Source: Octopus bimaculoides (Eukaryota). Taken from it: a DNA stretch of 52,076 nt. The stretch lies in assembly GCF_001194135.2 (NCBI RefSeq), contig NC_068986.1:21151174-21203249 (forward strand). Direction: 5' to 3'. Shown one piece after another: positions 12,291-25,380 of the stretch. Below the pieces are notes generated by a model that did no database searches, was not told the DNA's origin, and saw only the letters and a program-made list of their open reading frames with translations. Positions within the stretch are counted from its first letter, which is position 1. Each line of letters begins with the position of its first letter. The translations under genes were made by a program, and so were the position numbers.

Positions 12291-13164
12291 TTTTCTCTTG
12301 GAACGTGGGTGGGTAGTTTTGCTGAATTGCAAGCTGGCAATAACATTGGCTTACTTCCAAATTGTGTTTCCTTATAATTATGCGGAGGATCGTTGCTAAA
12401 TGAGAATCCCATTTCAAACAAGTATCGATCATCTATCGACGCGTCATCATTTGATAATTAAGTTATCGAGATTTTATTAGTTTATAACAACAGTCTCACT
12501 AGTTATAAATATTAATTCTTAACTTTGGCGCAACGCCACGCTTTTGTAAGGGAAAGGATACAGTGTAATTACTGGTACTTCTAAAGACCTCGAGAAAGAT
12601 AAAAAGCAAGGAATTGACTTGTTCAGGATTTGATCCCTGAACGAAAAGCTCTGTAATTAAATACTGTATAAATAAATATGGAACAATTACCTTGTCACCC
12701 GACTTACTAGAAAGAGCAGTCAAATCTCCTTTGAATCATTCTCTACCATCTAAACCAGTCAGGGACAAACTGCGGCCTGTAGGACTTTCTGAACGGCACG
12801 CCTAATTTCAGGAGGCACATTACGTTTGTTAGTAGTGTGTGCCGCCTGATCATGTGCCACGCTTCATGCGGCCCGCTTCTCGAAAAAGGTTGCCAATGCC
12901 TGGTTCTACATAAAAAGGATAAAACAGGTGATATAGAAAAAAGGCGGGAAGGTCATGGCTCGACTGACTTTGGTTAAAGACCAACTGCAACAACAGCAGC
13001 AACAACAGCAACAACAAGAATAACAACAACAACAACAGTAACAGCAGCATTAGCCGTAATAGTAGTGGCAACAGCAACAGCAACAATAAACGACAACAAC
13101 TTTGAGACATTCTTTCTACTCTAGGCACAAGACCCGAAATTTTTGCTGCTGTTGTTTAGCAGGT

Positions 13165-13715
13165 GCTGCCTGAGTTATACCATACGGCATTCGAAGGCCA
13201 TCTGCACTAATCTCTGGCCTCTATCACCTTCATTTCTTCTTAGGAAGAGCCTGTCAACATCACTGTTTCTGAGGAAGTTCCCAGTTGTTGTCAGGATTTT
13301 GCAGGTCTTGATATCTATGGGGTGGATTTCCTCTACAGACCAATCAAGTATCCAAAATGTTGGGATCAGCAATGGTACTGCAAATGCATTGTGGGATATT
13401 GTTTTGTTGAAAGAGGAGAGTTCCCACTGCCATATTTTCCTAGGTCTGGTGTAATATTCCCGGGTCACTATCTTTATTCACAGTGCCTTCATATGATACA
13501 TTTTCGTCTATGCCTAGGTACTAGTAACATTTTTTGTGTGGAATGGGGGAGATAGAGCGACCGTTGATGCACAGGTTTTGAATTTGGGGGAGTGACTTGC
13601 CTCGTTCTATAACCAAATGTGAACATTTCTTTTGGCCAAATTCCATGCCTATATCAGCTGAAAATTTTGTTATTAATTCGAATTGTTTTTTGACGCTGTT
13701 AAAACTTTTATATGT
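13165..13715 (-). mobile_element. Decayed R4/Dong-like (RLE-class) non-LTR retrotransposon, RT C-terminal region
   Basis: KFSADIGMEFGQKKCSHLVIERGK…*YLGIDE…NKTISHNAFAVPLL…DWSVEEIHPIDIKTCKIL…SDVDRLFLRRNEGDRG matches the typical R4/Dong pattern (FS.DIGM.FG..KC, YLG, SDVDRLY.PR..GGRG). Confidence 0.85.
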
Positions 13716-14025
13716 ATGCATGCATGTATGTATGTATAGTTGAATTGTTGTCGTAATTTTTGCTGGTGGTTTTAATCGTGAGAAGTCAAAAAGTGACTCA
13801 AGAACCGAGAGTTTCGTGCATAGTTGGTTCAAACCAAGAGAAACACCGGAAACGTTGAGTCATTTTGTAATTTCTACTACTTATTCTTTTCGCTTGTTTG
13901 TTCTACTAAGCACACACTCACACACACACACACACACAAACACACAAAAAAACATGCAATCACACACAAATACACACATACATACACACTATAGTTAATT
14001 CCTAGTTAATTCTGGAACACCCTGT

Positions 14026-14026
<1 letters not shown>

Positions 14027-14086
<60 letters not shown>

Positions 14087-14131
14087 CAGACGGGCAGGCA
14101 GGCAGGCAGACAGGCAGGTAGGTAGGTAGGC

Positions 14132-14196
<65 letters not shown>

Positions 14197-14212
14197 TACT
14201 GCAAATTCATAA

Positions 14213-14280
<68 letters not shown>
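14027..14280. repeat. Compound microsatellite (GATA)n/(GGCA)n/(GGTA)n followed by (GT)n
   Basis: Seen directly. Confidence 0.95.
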
Positions 14281-14283
<3 letters not shown>

Positions 14284-14547
14284 TAACTCATTAACTGATC
14301 GGAGGAAAACGGAGTATAATAAACAAACAATTCAAGTGAAAACTGGTTTAAATGAGTAGGTTTAAAGCTTATATACTTTTGTGTAATACTTACCAAATAT
14401 CAATAATAAAGTATCAATGAGAGCTTGCTCGGTTTCATATCTTACACACGTTTCGTTATTTGCTCCATAATAAACACGTTTTGTTTTTATTTTCAATGCT
14501 ATATTATGATAACTGATCCTCAAGTAGTTATATTCAGTAACTGTAGA

Positions 14548-15195
14548 TCTCTGTTGCTCTCTCGGTACGGAATGAATATGTCCAAGATGGCTGAAATAAG
14601 AATTTTTTAAAATGTAACGTTACTATTATGTTTACATAATCGGAATGTTACGTCATAAAGATATTTCGTGTTTTGTAAGTGTGCGCATGTGTATATAAAT
14701 GTGTGTATGTATGTGTATGGAAGTGTATGCATAGACACGCACACACATACATACATACNNNNNNNNNNNNNNNNNNNNNNNNNNNNNNNNNNNNNNNNNN
14801 NNNNNNNNNNNNNNNNNNNNNNNNNNNNNNNNNNNNNNNNNNNNNNNNNNNNNNNNNNNNNNNNNNNNNNNNNNNNNNNNNNNNNNNNNNNNNNNNNNNN
14901 NNNNNNNNNNNNNNNNNNNNNNNNNNNNNNNNNNNNNNNNNNNNNNNNNNNNNNNNNNNNNNNNNNNNNNNNNNNNNNNNNNNNNNNNNNNNGCTCTCTC
15001 GGTACGGAATGAATATGTCCAAGATGGCTGAAATAAGAATTTTTAAAAATGTAACGTTACTATTATGTTTGCATAATCGGAATGTTACGTCATAAAGATA
15101 TTTCGTGTTTTGTAAGTGTGCGCATGTGTATATAAATGTGTGTATGTATGTGTATGGAAGTGTATGCATAGACACGCACACACATACATACATAC
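14548..15195. repeat. Near-identical ~210-bp duplication on both sides of an N gap (probable assembly/haplotype artefact)
   Basis: GCTCTCTCGGTACGGAATGAATATGTCCAAGATGG… occurs at ~14548-14758 and again at ~14992-15195 with about two differences. Confidence 0.8.
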
Positions 15196-15271
15196 ACGCA
15201 TGCAGGCATGCGTGCATGCATGTGTGCGTGTGTGCGTGCGTGCGTGCATGCGTACATACATACATAAGGAG

Positions 15272-15436
15272 AAAGCTAATTCGAAAACTACAGATCCAAT
15301 CTATGACTGGAACTGTAAAAATCAGTAAAATTTTCCAGAAGTTTATCATTTAGATATATACGAGCATGTCTAGATATGCAACTATATGCATGAGAATACA
15401 TACATAAAACATACAAATCTGCACATACATACATAC
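15272..15436 (+). repeat. Local duplication, copy 1 (copy 2 at 17715-17880)
   Basis: Ungapped manual alignment gives about 13 substitutions in ~165 bp (~92% identity). Confidence 0.9.
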
Positions 15437-16268
15437 CAAAAAAGGAAATACTCTGCTGCTGATGTTGAAATTTCAATGAAGGAACCTTGGATCTAGGTTA
15501 GAAACTGGCTCTTTCTCTATATTGAAATAAAACTGAACAATGGCTGACTGACATACATATATACATACATACATTACATACATACATGACATCTGCAGCA
15601 GAGGAAAGAGACCTGCCCTCGTTTGTGACCATGAAATCAACAACATAATTAGGGTAGCTAATGAACTTGAGAGGTATAAAATAAGAACTGATATAGATCT
15701 CTCCTCAGAGAGCATTGGTAAAACGTGTCTCTGAAATACTCAGTCTCTTACGTGCTAATTCAGTAGTAGGTAACTCATTTGATCTAAGTAATGAAGCATC
15801 ATTGTCAAACGACTAAGATCCACCACCATCATTTGCAAAAAAAAATGTTTATGTACATATGTGTATATATATTATATGTTTGTGCATGATTTATTTTTCT
15901 ATCTATCCATCTAGTTATCTATATGTTGTATACAGATGTGTGTGTAAGTGTATGCATGTGTGTGTATTAAGCATGTGTGTGTATTAAGCATGTGTTTGTA
16001 TAGATTCATCATTCTAGCTATCCAGTCATCTAGGCATTTATCTTGTAGACACAAATATATGCACACATCTTTATTGACGAACAGTTATACACACATACAT
16101 ACACACACACACACATATGTATATATATTTATATACGTATAGGTGTATGTATACAGGCATATGTAAATATATGTATGTATACTGTATATATTCATATGTA
16201 TGTTTATACGTATATGTGTATATGCATATACATATGGTGCATATATATATATATGAATATATATCCAA

Positions 16269-16313
<45 letters not shown>

Positions 16314-17404
16314 NNNNNNNNNNNNNNNNNNNNNNNNNNNNNNNNNNNNNNNNNNNNNNNNNNNNNNNNNNNNNNNNNNNNNNNNNNNNNNNNNNNNNNN
16401 NNNNNNNNNNNNNNNNNNNNNNNNNNNNNNNNNNNNNNNNNNNNNNNNNNNNNNNNNNNNNNNNNNNNNNNNNNNNNNNNNNNNNNNNNNNNNNNNNNNN
16501 NNNNNNNNNNNNNNNNNNNNNNNNNNNNNNNNNNNNNNNNNNNNNNNNNNNNNNNNNNNNNNNNNNNNNNNNNNNNNNNNNNNNNNNNNNNNNNNNNNNN
16601 NNNNNNNNNNNNNNNNNNNNNNNNNNNNNNNNNNNNNNNNNNNNNNNNNNNNNNNNNNNNNNNNNNNNNNNNNNNNNNNNNNNNNNNNNNNNNNNNNNNN
16701 NNNNNNNNNNNNNNNNNNNNNNNNNNNNNNNNNNNNNNNNNNNNNNNNNATATATATATATATATATACACACACACGTGTACGACAAATTTTATAACGT
16801 AGTGTCCCTATGTCGGTCACTAACGAGGCAGGTCATATGTAGGTCTAGATTCATTGCTAGCTATTAGACTAATTACCATCATTGATTCTATTAATACAAC
16901 TGTCCACTTACATTGAAGTAACGCTCTTCAATACACAATTATAGAAAGCTTTATAAAAAAAATACACATTTTTGAAAATTATATAAGTAGTAGAATGGCA
17001 GTAACTATTAGAGTGTTGTGACTCCACCCAGTTGAAATTGAAACCTGACTCCACCCACCGAAATATTTGGAAGTTTTAAATTAATTTCACTGTTTCATGC
17101 ACTTTATGTATTTTAGAACTGAGAACTATGCAAAGAGATATGTGTACATTCACATGTGCACGTGTATACACAATTGTATGCATGTATGTATGTTTTTATG
17201 AATGTTTGTGTTTATGTATATATGTATGTATGTATGTTTGTATTTATGTATGTATGCATTTCTGTATGTATGCATAATATATGTGTGTGTGTGTGTGTGT
17301 GTGTAAATATATATATGTATGTATATATAAATGTATGTGTGTGTATGTATGTATGTATGTATGTATACCAAGCTGATAGACAGACAGACAGACACATACA
17401 TACA

Positions 17405-17510
17405 TACATACATATCAGACAGGGCCACTATGAATTGTAGCGACCCTAGAACAGCACCTTGTGGAATACCATACACTATTTGTATTTCCTCACAGGTGGC
17501 TTCATTAACC
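17405..17510 (-). mobile_element. Short CR1/L2-like RT fragment
   Basis: VVNEATCEEIQIVYGIPQGAVLGSLQFIVALSDM resembles RT domain 4 (V.SGVPQGSVLGPLLF..YINDL). Confidence 0.8.
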
Positions 17511-17647
17511 ACATACATACATACATACATACATGCACGCATGCATGCGTTCGTGTGTGTGCGTACATGCTTACGTACGTACGTACGTACGTACGTACAT
17601 GCTTACGTACGTACATATATACATAAATACATACATACATACATACA

Positions 17648-17679
<32 letters not shown>

Positions 17680-17714
17680 CACACATATGCATACATACAT
17701 ACATACATAAGTAA

Positions 17715-17880
17715 AAAGCTAATTTGAAGGCTACAGATTCTATCCATCACTGGAACTGTAAAAATCTATAAAACTTTCCAGAAGTTTATCATTTGGATAT
17801 ATATGAGCATGTCTAGATATGCAACTATATGCATGAGAATACATATATAAAACATACAAATCTGCACATACATACATACA
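17715..17880 (+). repeat. Local duplication, copy 2 (copy 1 at 15272-15436)
   Basis: See copy 1. Confidence 0.9.
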
Positions 17881-19266
17881 CACGTACATACATACATATA
17901 TGCATACAAACATACNNNNNNNNNNNNNNNNNNNNNNNNNNNNNNNNNNNNNNNNNNNNNNNNNNNNNNNNNNNNNNNNNNNNNNNNNNNNNNNNNNNNN
18001 NNNNNNNNNNNNNNNNNNNNNNNNNNNNNNNNNNNNNNNNNNNNNNNNNNNNNNNNNNNNNNNNNNNNNNNNNNNNNNNNNNNNNNNNNNNNNNNNNNNN
18101 NNNNNNNNNNNNNNNNNNNNNNNNNNNNNNNNNNNNNNNNNNNNNNNNNNNNNNNNNNNNNNNNNNNNNNNNNNNNNNNNNNNNNNNNNNNNNNNNNNNN
18201 NNNNNNNNNNNNNNNNNNNNNNNNNNNNNNNNNNNNNNNNNNNNNNNNNNNNNNNNNNNNNNNNNNNNNNNNNNNNNNNNNNNNNNNNNNNNNNNNNNNN
18301 NNNNNNNNNNNNNNNNNNNNNNNNNNNNNNNNNNNNNNNNNNNNNNNNNNNNNNNNNNNNNNNNNNNNNNNNNNNNNNNNNNNNNNNNNNNNNNNNNNNN
18401 NNNNNNNNNNNNNNNNNNNNNNNNNNNNNNNNNNNNNNNNNNNNNNNNNNNNNNNNNNNNNNNNNNNNNNNNNNNNNNNNNNNNNNNNNNNNNNNNNNNN
18501 NNNNNNNNNNNNNNNNNNNNNNNNNNNNNNNNNNNNNNNNNNNNNNNNNNNNNNNNNNNNNNNNNNNNNNNNNNNNNNNNNNNNNNNNNNNNNNNNNNNN
18601 NNNNNNNNNNNNNNNNNNNNNNNNNNNNNNNNNNNNNNNNNNNNNNNNNNNNNNNNNNNNNNNNNNNNNNNNNNNNNNNNNNNNNNNNNNNNNNNNNNNN
18701 NNNNNNNNNNNNNNNNNNNNNNNNNNNNNNNNNNNNNNNNNNNNNNNNNNNNNNNNNNNNNNNNNNNNNNNNNNNNNNNNNNNNNNNNNNNNNNNNNNNN
18801 NNNNNNNNNNNNNNNNNNNNNNNNNNNNNNNNNNNNNNNNNNNNNNNNNNNNNNNNNNNNNNNNNNNNNNNNNNNNNNNNNNNNNNNNNNNNATACATAT
18901 ATATATATATATGTATTATGTATATACATGCATATACATACATACACACACATATACATATGAATACATATATATACATATATGCATACATATGGAGATA
19001 TATACATGTATACATATATATTCATATATATACACATGTATACATATATGTATACATATATATTCACATATATACATATGTATGATACTAACATATCTAT
19101 ACACACACACATACATATAAAGATATATATACAATATACGTGCATCATTCACACACACACACGTATATACACACACACACACACACATATATACACACAT
19201 ACACACACACACACATATATACACACACACATACACACACACATATATACACACACACATACACAA

Positions 19267-19310
<44 letters not shown>

Positions 19311-19849
19311 GTATTAATCGAAATACTAATACCTTGTTGTTTTAGATAAAATCTTAACGAGGGCTATATTAAAAGTCAATAAACGTAATCGTAAAGGAGA
19401 TAAAGTACACGAAATTTAGAACGAAGCCTAAATAGACTTAGATTGGAAAGCAGATGAAAGGAAGTTCTTATGTTTAAAAGAAAATCACAAAAACAAATGT
19501 TCCGTATTTAATGATATCGAATTAACGTTATCAAACAGAATATATAATAAACAAAAAAATAAATAGGTTAGATACGCTCAATGATATTTGGCAAGAAATG
19601 CTGGAACAATTTGGGAATTTTAGTGTAAATTAAACAATGTATTAATCCTAAAAAATTCTTCTATGCAAACGTTACCCAAACTGTTATATCGGGAGGCTTT
19701 TAAGCTACTATATAGCTTTTAACCTACTGACTCCGAATGGAAAGATCAGCAAACAGATCTCTGACTTGTTTTGGAGAATTTGTTGCAATTGCTTCTTCCA
19801 GAGTCATATCTCAATGATCTTATTCGTCGCAAAAAGTCATGTAAAAAAA

Positions 19850-20152
19850 AAATTGCCCGAGATAATCGCTGGGTTTCGCAATTAATTTCGATTATTCCCA
19901 AAATTTATTTCCAAGTTATAAAAAAATTCGTTGTAAAAATTCACTTTAAAAAATTCGCCAAAAACAATCGCAGTAATGAAAACTTGGAAATCCAAAATTT
20001 CAGGATTGCGGGTTCGGATTGGACCCGGAATGTTCTTAATTTACTCACGGAGTCGGCCTGATTGCAAAATGGTATGATATGTTGGACTACGGCCTCGAGG
20101 AGTAAAGTTGAAAAAGTGTGTCACACTGACATTCGCATTTATAATATTAGAT
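19850..20152 (+). mobile_element. Probable non-autonomous Helitron/HINE-like element, 3' portion
   Basis: Ends …CACACTGACATTCGCATTTATAATATTAGAT, resembling the TTCGCATTTATAATATTAG terminus of Lep1/DINE-like elements as I recall it. The 5' boundary is undefined. Confidence 0.4.
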
Positions 20153-20487
20153 GACATTCCATTGGTTACAACAATTGTTCCAGTTGATCCGATCAACGGA
20201 ACAGCCTGCTCGGTAAATTAACGAGCAAGTGGCTGAGGACTCCCAGATCTACATATATATTATAGTAGAAGACATTGCTCGATGAGCCGCTCAGTGGGAC
20301 TGAAACCGAAACCACTCAGTTACAAAGTGAGTTTCTTAACCACACAGACGTATCTGTGTATGTCTGTGTGTGTTCATACGCAGTTTTGGAGTTTGATCTA
20401 AACAATCAATGTGTGTGTATTATGTATGAATGTATGTATGTATGTATGTATGTATGTATGTATGTATGTATGTATGTATGTATGCGT

Positions 20488-20700
20488 GGAGGCGCAATGG
20501 CTCAGTGGTTAGAGCAGCGGACTCGCGGTCATAGGATCGCGGTTTCGATTCCCAGACCGGGCGTTGTGAGTGTTTATTGAGCGAAAACACCTAAAGCTCC
20601 ACGAGGCTTGGAGATGGTGATGAACCCTGCTGTACTCTTTTACCACGACTTTCTCTCACTCTTACTTCCTGTTTCTGTTGTGCCTGTATTTCAAAGAATC
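20488..20700 (+). mobile_element. tRNA-derived SINE (third family) with clear Pol III boxes
   Basis: A box TGGCTCAGTGG at 20498-20508 and B box GGTTTCGATTCCC at 20541-20553. No proper cloverleaf; continues into a non-tRNA body. Confidence 0.75.
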
Positions 20701-20917
20701 AACTGTCAGTTAAATACATTTTGACATTTGATGATTACTACGAACGAATGAAATCGCTAATTGAACTTTATGAACATTACAAAATTTTTTTTTTTTAATG
20801 TTTAACACATTTCAACATTGTAAAAATTCTTTTTAAAATACAATAATAAAAAAAAACATGAAAACCGGACCATACTGTAACTTTATTCAACTGATATATT
20901 ATTCTNNNNNNNNNNGA

Positions 20918-21165
20918 AATAAGGCGACGAGCTGGCAGAATCGTTATCACACAAAAAAAAATGCTTAGCGGCATTTCTTCCGACTTAACGTTGAGTTCAA
21001 ATTCCGCTGAAGTTGTCTTTGCCTTTCATTCATATATCCATACATACATACATACATTAATGGAAATGTACGATAAAGTAAGTACCAGTTGAACGGTGGG
21101 GACGATGTAATCGACTCACCTACTTCACTGAGATTGCTGGCTTTGTGCCAAAATTTAAAATTAAT
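20918..21165 (+). mobile_element. SINE family A
   Basis: AAGGCGACGAGCTGGCAGAATCGTT head through CTTTGTGCCAAAATTT tail. Confidence 0.8.
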
Positions 21166-22026
21166 ATATTCATGAAAATGTTGAAATGACATTGGTATAC
21201 AACATGGAGCTGACGGCCCTCTTTCAATAAATATTTGCAACCATTTCAATCCATTCCACCACTAACGGAGGTTTTAAGACGATTAAACGTTATATGATCT
21301 CTGTTTGAAGAAGAATGTATCTTGAGCTGAGTCTAAGCTTGTGACAGATGAATCGAGATGAGTGGTTCACCTTAGATTCCCCGCTAGAGAAATTACGTTT
21401 CAAGCATAAAAAAATAACGCATCTCTGCGACAATTTCAACTATTATATCCCATAAAAATCTTGTTGAATGGAATGAGAAATTAGTCACGTGGAGTCGCAC
21501 TATATAGACACACACATATACGTGTATGTATGTGTCTGTGTGTGTGTACATATAAATATATATATATATATATATATTTACATATATACGGGTATGTATG
21601 TAATTTAATTACAGCTTATCGCAGACTGCATTTCTCAATGCTGAACTTAACTATTGTTTGTCAAGAACAACATTATCCAATTGAAGATCTTAAATGAACT
21701 TTTTTTTTTTTTAATTAGGTATTTCGACTTGCTGACGCTTGCCCAAATTCTTCGTTAAGAATTTCAGAAAAAAACATACACATAATTCCTTCTTTGATTC
21801 ACGAGAGGCTACAATCGGCGATCTTTACTGCTTACGCCACTTAAACTTATCTTATTAGTTACAAATCCTCCGATATGTTCGGTCGAAACCAGTATGCGCG
21901 AATAGAATCCCAGTTTATCCGACATAAATTGATATATATATGAGACTTGGCACACTTCTAACGTAAAGCTAAATGGAACACTTTTATGTTTTCGTTCTAC
22001 AATGTACACAAAAATCTATGTACACA

Positions 22027-22444
22027 GGCGCAGGAGTGGCTGTGTAGTAAGTAGTCTGCTTACCAACCACATGGTTCCGGGTTCAGTTCCACTGCGTGGC
22101 ACCTTGGGCAAGTGTCTTCTGCTATAGCCTCGGGCCGACCAAAGCCTTGTGAGTGGATTTGGTAGACGGAAACTGAAAGAAGCCCGTCGTATATATGTGT
22201 GTGTATGTGTGCGTGTGTGTGAGTGTTTGTGTGTGTGTTTGTCCCTGCCTCCACCATTGCTTGACAACCGGTGCTAGTGTGTTTACGTCCCCGTAATTTA
22301 GCGGCCCGGTAAAAGAGAGACCGATAGAATAAGTGCATGGCTTAGAAAGAGTAAAGTCCTGGGGATCGATGTGTTCGACTAAAAAGGCGGTGCTCCAGTA
22401 TGGCCGCAGTCAAATGACTGAAACATGTAAAAGAATAAAAGAAT
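22027..22444 (+). mobile_element. Full-length SINE family B (tRNA head, CORE-like CCTTGGGCAAGTG block, internal (TG)n, (AAAGAGT/AAAGAAT)n tail)
   Basis: Matches the copies at 22730, 26005, 40985 and 48734. Confidence 0.9.
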
Positions 22445-22729
22445 AGGAATATATTCTACATCAATCAATTCAAATTCCCAAGAAATTAGCAGAAAAACCT
22501 CCTTGTGTGGATGATTAAAATCTAAAAACTGCAAGCAGGGGAGATTACTCTAAGATCAGTTAAACGAAGTTTTTGGACAATGTAAAGATAATGCACACTG
22601 GAGTCGGAGCAGGTCATTAAAGCCAACGGAAATGTTTCGTTTTTATTTAGACGAACTCAACTCTGTGAAAAATGTACTTACTCTGTTGACTAGACTAACA
22701 GTGAACAATATATTACGTGTGTGCATATA

Positions 22730-22915
22730 TGCACAGGAGTGGCTGCGTGGTAAGTAGCTTGCTTACTAACCACGTGGTTCCGGGTTCATTCCCACTGCGT
22801 GGCACCTTGTGCAAGTGTCTTCTACTATAGCCTCGGGCCGACCAAAGCCTTGTGAGTGGATTTGGTAGGCGGAAACTGAAAGAACTTCGTCGTATATATA
22901 TATATATATATATAT
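22730..22915 (+). mobile_element. SINE family B, 5' half
   Basis: CAGGAGTGGCTGCGTGGTAAGTAGCTTGC…GGAAACTGAAAGAA. Confidence 0.85.
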
Positions 22916-23158
22916 ATGGGAGAATGTACGAAAACAGGTGGTGTAAACAGTGCGTGTATATATGTTTGTNNNNNNNNNNNNNNNNNNNNNNNNNNNNNNN
23001 NNNNNNNNNNNNNNNNNNNNNNNNNNNNNNNNNNNNNNNNNNNNNNNNNNNNNNNNNNNNNNNNNNNNNNNNNNNNNNNNNNNNNNNNNNNNNNNNNNNN
23101 NNNNNNNNNNNNNNNNNNNNNNNNNNNNNNNNNNNNNNNNNNNNNNNNNNNNNNNNNN

Positions 23159-23290
23159 CCTTTCCGACGAAGAGCTATACTCGAAACATTAAACTCCTTT
23201 CACCGAGCGTCGAGCTAATATACTCCTTGTGCACGTCCTCACGTTCGTTGTTTTCTTTTTTGTCGTTTTTTTATTCGTTTATTTGAATTG
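23159..23290 (+). mobile_element. Probable Penelope-like pseudo-LTR remnant with a degenerate minimal-hammerhead-like core
   Basis: CCGACGA-A-GAG-CTATA-CTC-GAAAC at 23164-23187. Confidence 0.4.
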
Positions 23291-24087
23291 TTTGTTTATT
23301 TCAAAAGTGTATATATATACACGTGCGGGCTTCTTTCAGTTTCCGTCCACCAAAACTACCCACAAACTTTGGTCGGGCCGAAGCTATAGTAGAATAATAG
23401 GGTGGAAAACGATAGAACCCATGTGGCTGTGAAGCAAACCTTGTGCGTTTTAACATGTGTGTGTGTGTGTGTGCGCGTGCGCTTTTGTTTTTGATAACTA
23501 TATTATGTCCGTCTGGGATTCAACCGTTTGTACTTTTGTTGCCCCTCAGGCAAATAAAAACAATGTTATTGTTGTAGTTGTTTTATTGATACAGTGTAAT
23601 TACTGAAACACATTTGAACAGACCAATGAAAACCCATTTCTTTTCTCTGTCTTTCTCTTCGTTCTCTCTCTCCCCTTCTCCTATATCTCTGTGTCTTTTT
23701 TCTCTCTGTTTCTTTTTATTCTGTCTTTCTCACCTATACATATCAACCCGCTCATCGACAACCGCGCGCACAAACACACACACACATACATGTCTATATA
23801 CTCACACTTTTTCATGGAACCTTTATGTTCATGAACATTTCTGCAAGTATTGGCCTAAGTGCGTACGCATGCGTATGTGCGTGTGGAATGCCTGCGCATG
23901 CTTGTATGTATCAATTAGTGTCTGTGTGCGGTGCGTTTGTATATATACGCGGTGTACGTGTGCGTGCATGCATGTACAGGCATTTTATGTGTGTTTGTGT
24001 TTGTGTGTAGCGAAATGTAATTAAACTTTCTATTACTAAACAACGTATTTTGTTTAAGTTTTCTTTTTATTTTGTTTCCTTGTTTAG

Positions 24088-24240
24088 CATTTAGCAGCTG
24101 TCAACACCGCTTAACTGAATCTCGACGCCATCTTGCTTCCCGTTTTAAGCTACAACTCACACATACAGATAACACACACAAACACACACAGCTCAGCACT
24201 CATACGCACACACTGGAAGCCTGTGACGAAATAATCGCTG
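24088..24240 (+). other. Candidate 153-nt exon (or reverse-strand promoter region)
   Basis: ttctttttattttgtttccttgtttag|CATTTAG…ATCGCTG|gtatgt, with one open frame (phase 1-1). It also contains CGCCATCTTG (YY1-like) at 24126-24135. Confidence 0.25.
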
Positions 24241-24491
24241 GTATGTCAGGAAAGATTATGGTTCGAATTTTCAAGAAGTTTAACAGCATCTGTTCTTATT
24301 GGCGATATACCCGCCACGGCAGCAGGAGAGGGGGAAGCAGCTCTAATCTGCGGCTCAAATGACACGGCAATGTGAGCGAGTTTTAATCCACTTTAGCACG
24401 GTCTCTCCACTTATAATCCAAATTACTTTTAACTTCATTATCACTTCTCTCTTTCTTTCACTCAAAATAACTGTTGATCTCTCTCTATCTC

Positions 24492-24547
<56 letters not shown>

Positions 24548-24961
24548 NNNNNNNNNNNNNNNNNNNNNNNNNNNNNNNNNNNNNNNNNNNNNNNNNNNNN
24601 NNNNNNNNNNNNNNNNNNNNNNNNNNNNNNNNNNNNNNNNNNNNNNNNNNNNNNNNNNNNNNNNNNNNNNNNNNNNNNNNNNNNNNNNNNNNNNNNNNNN
24701 NNNNNNNNNNNNNNNNNNNNNNNNNNNNNNNNNNNNNNNNNNNNNNNNNNNNNNNNNNNNNNNNNNNNNNNNNNNNNNNNNNNNNNNNNNNNNNNNNNNN
24801 NNNNNNNNNNNNNNNNNNNNNNNNNNNNNNNNNNNNNNNNNNNNNNNNNNNNNNNNNNNNNNNNNNNNNNNNNNNNNNNNNNNNNNNNNNNNNNNNNNNN
24901 NNNNNNNNNNNNNNNNNNNNNNNNNNNNNNNNNNNNNTCTCTCTCTTCTCTCTCGATATGT

Positions 24962-25010
<49 letters not shown>

Positions 25011-25291
25011 GCGTGTGTGTTTGTGTGTGCGTGTGTGTTTGTGTGTGCGTGTGTGTTTGTGTGTGCGTGTGCGCTTGTGTGTGTGTGCGTGTATTTCCGA
25101 GTTTTTCTCTCTCTTTTCCAACCAATATTAATCTTTCTCCTTTTATTTCTTCTTCAACCTTTTCTCCCTCTTTCTCTTGCCTTCCTTCTCATTCCCTCTC
25201 TACCTCAGTCTCTCTCTCTCTTTCGTTCTCAGTCAATTTAACTCCACTTCTCCTTCTACTGTCTTTCCCTCTCCTATACTCACACATGCTA

Positions 25292-25326
<35 letters not shown>

Positions 25327-25349
25327 TTATTATTGTTATTATTGTTGTT

Positions 25350-25380
<31 letters not shown>

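Noticed and set aside
12190-12315. Inositol 5-phosphatase or APE-like FSWNVGG motif
   Set aside because: A single short motif at the end of a low-complexity Ala tract, followed immediately by a stop, with only weak splice signals.
14548-15195. Tandem duplication as a biological event
   Set aside because: Near-identical copies flank an N gap; most likely uncollapsed haplotypes.
20488-20565. Possible tRNA gene
   Set aside because: A and B boxes are present, but acceptor and anticodon stems do not pair properly and the sequence continues into a SINE body.
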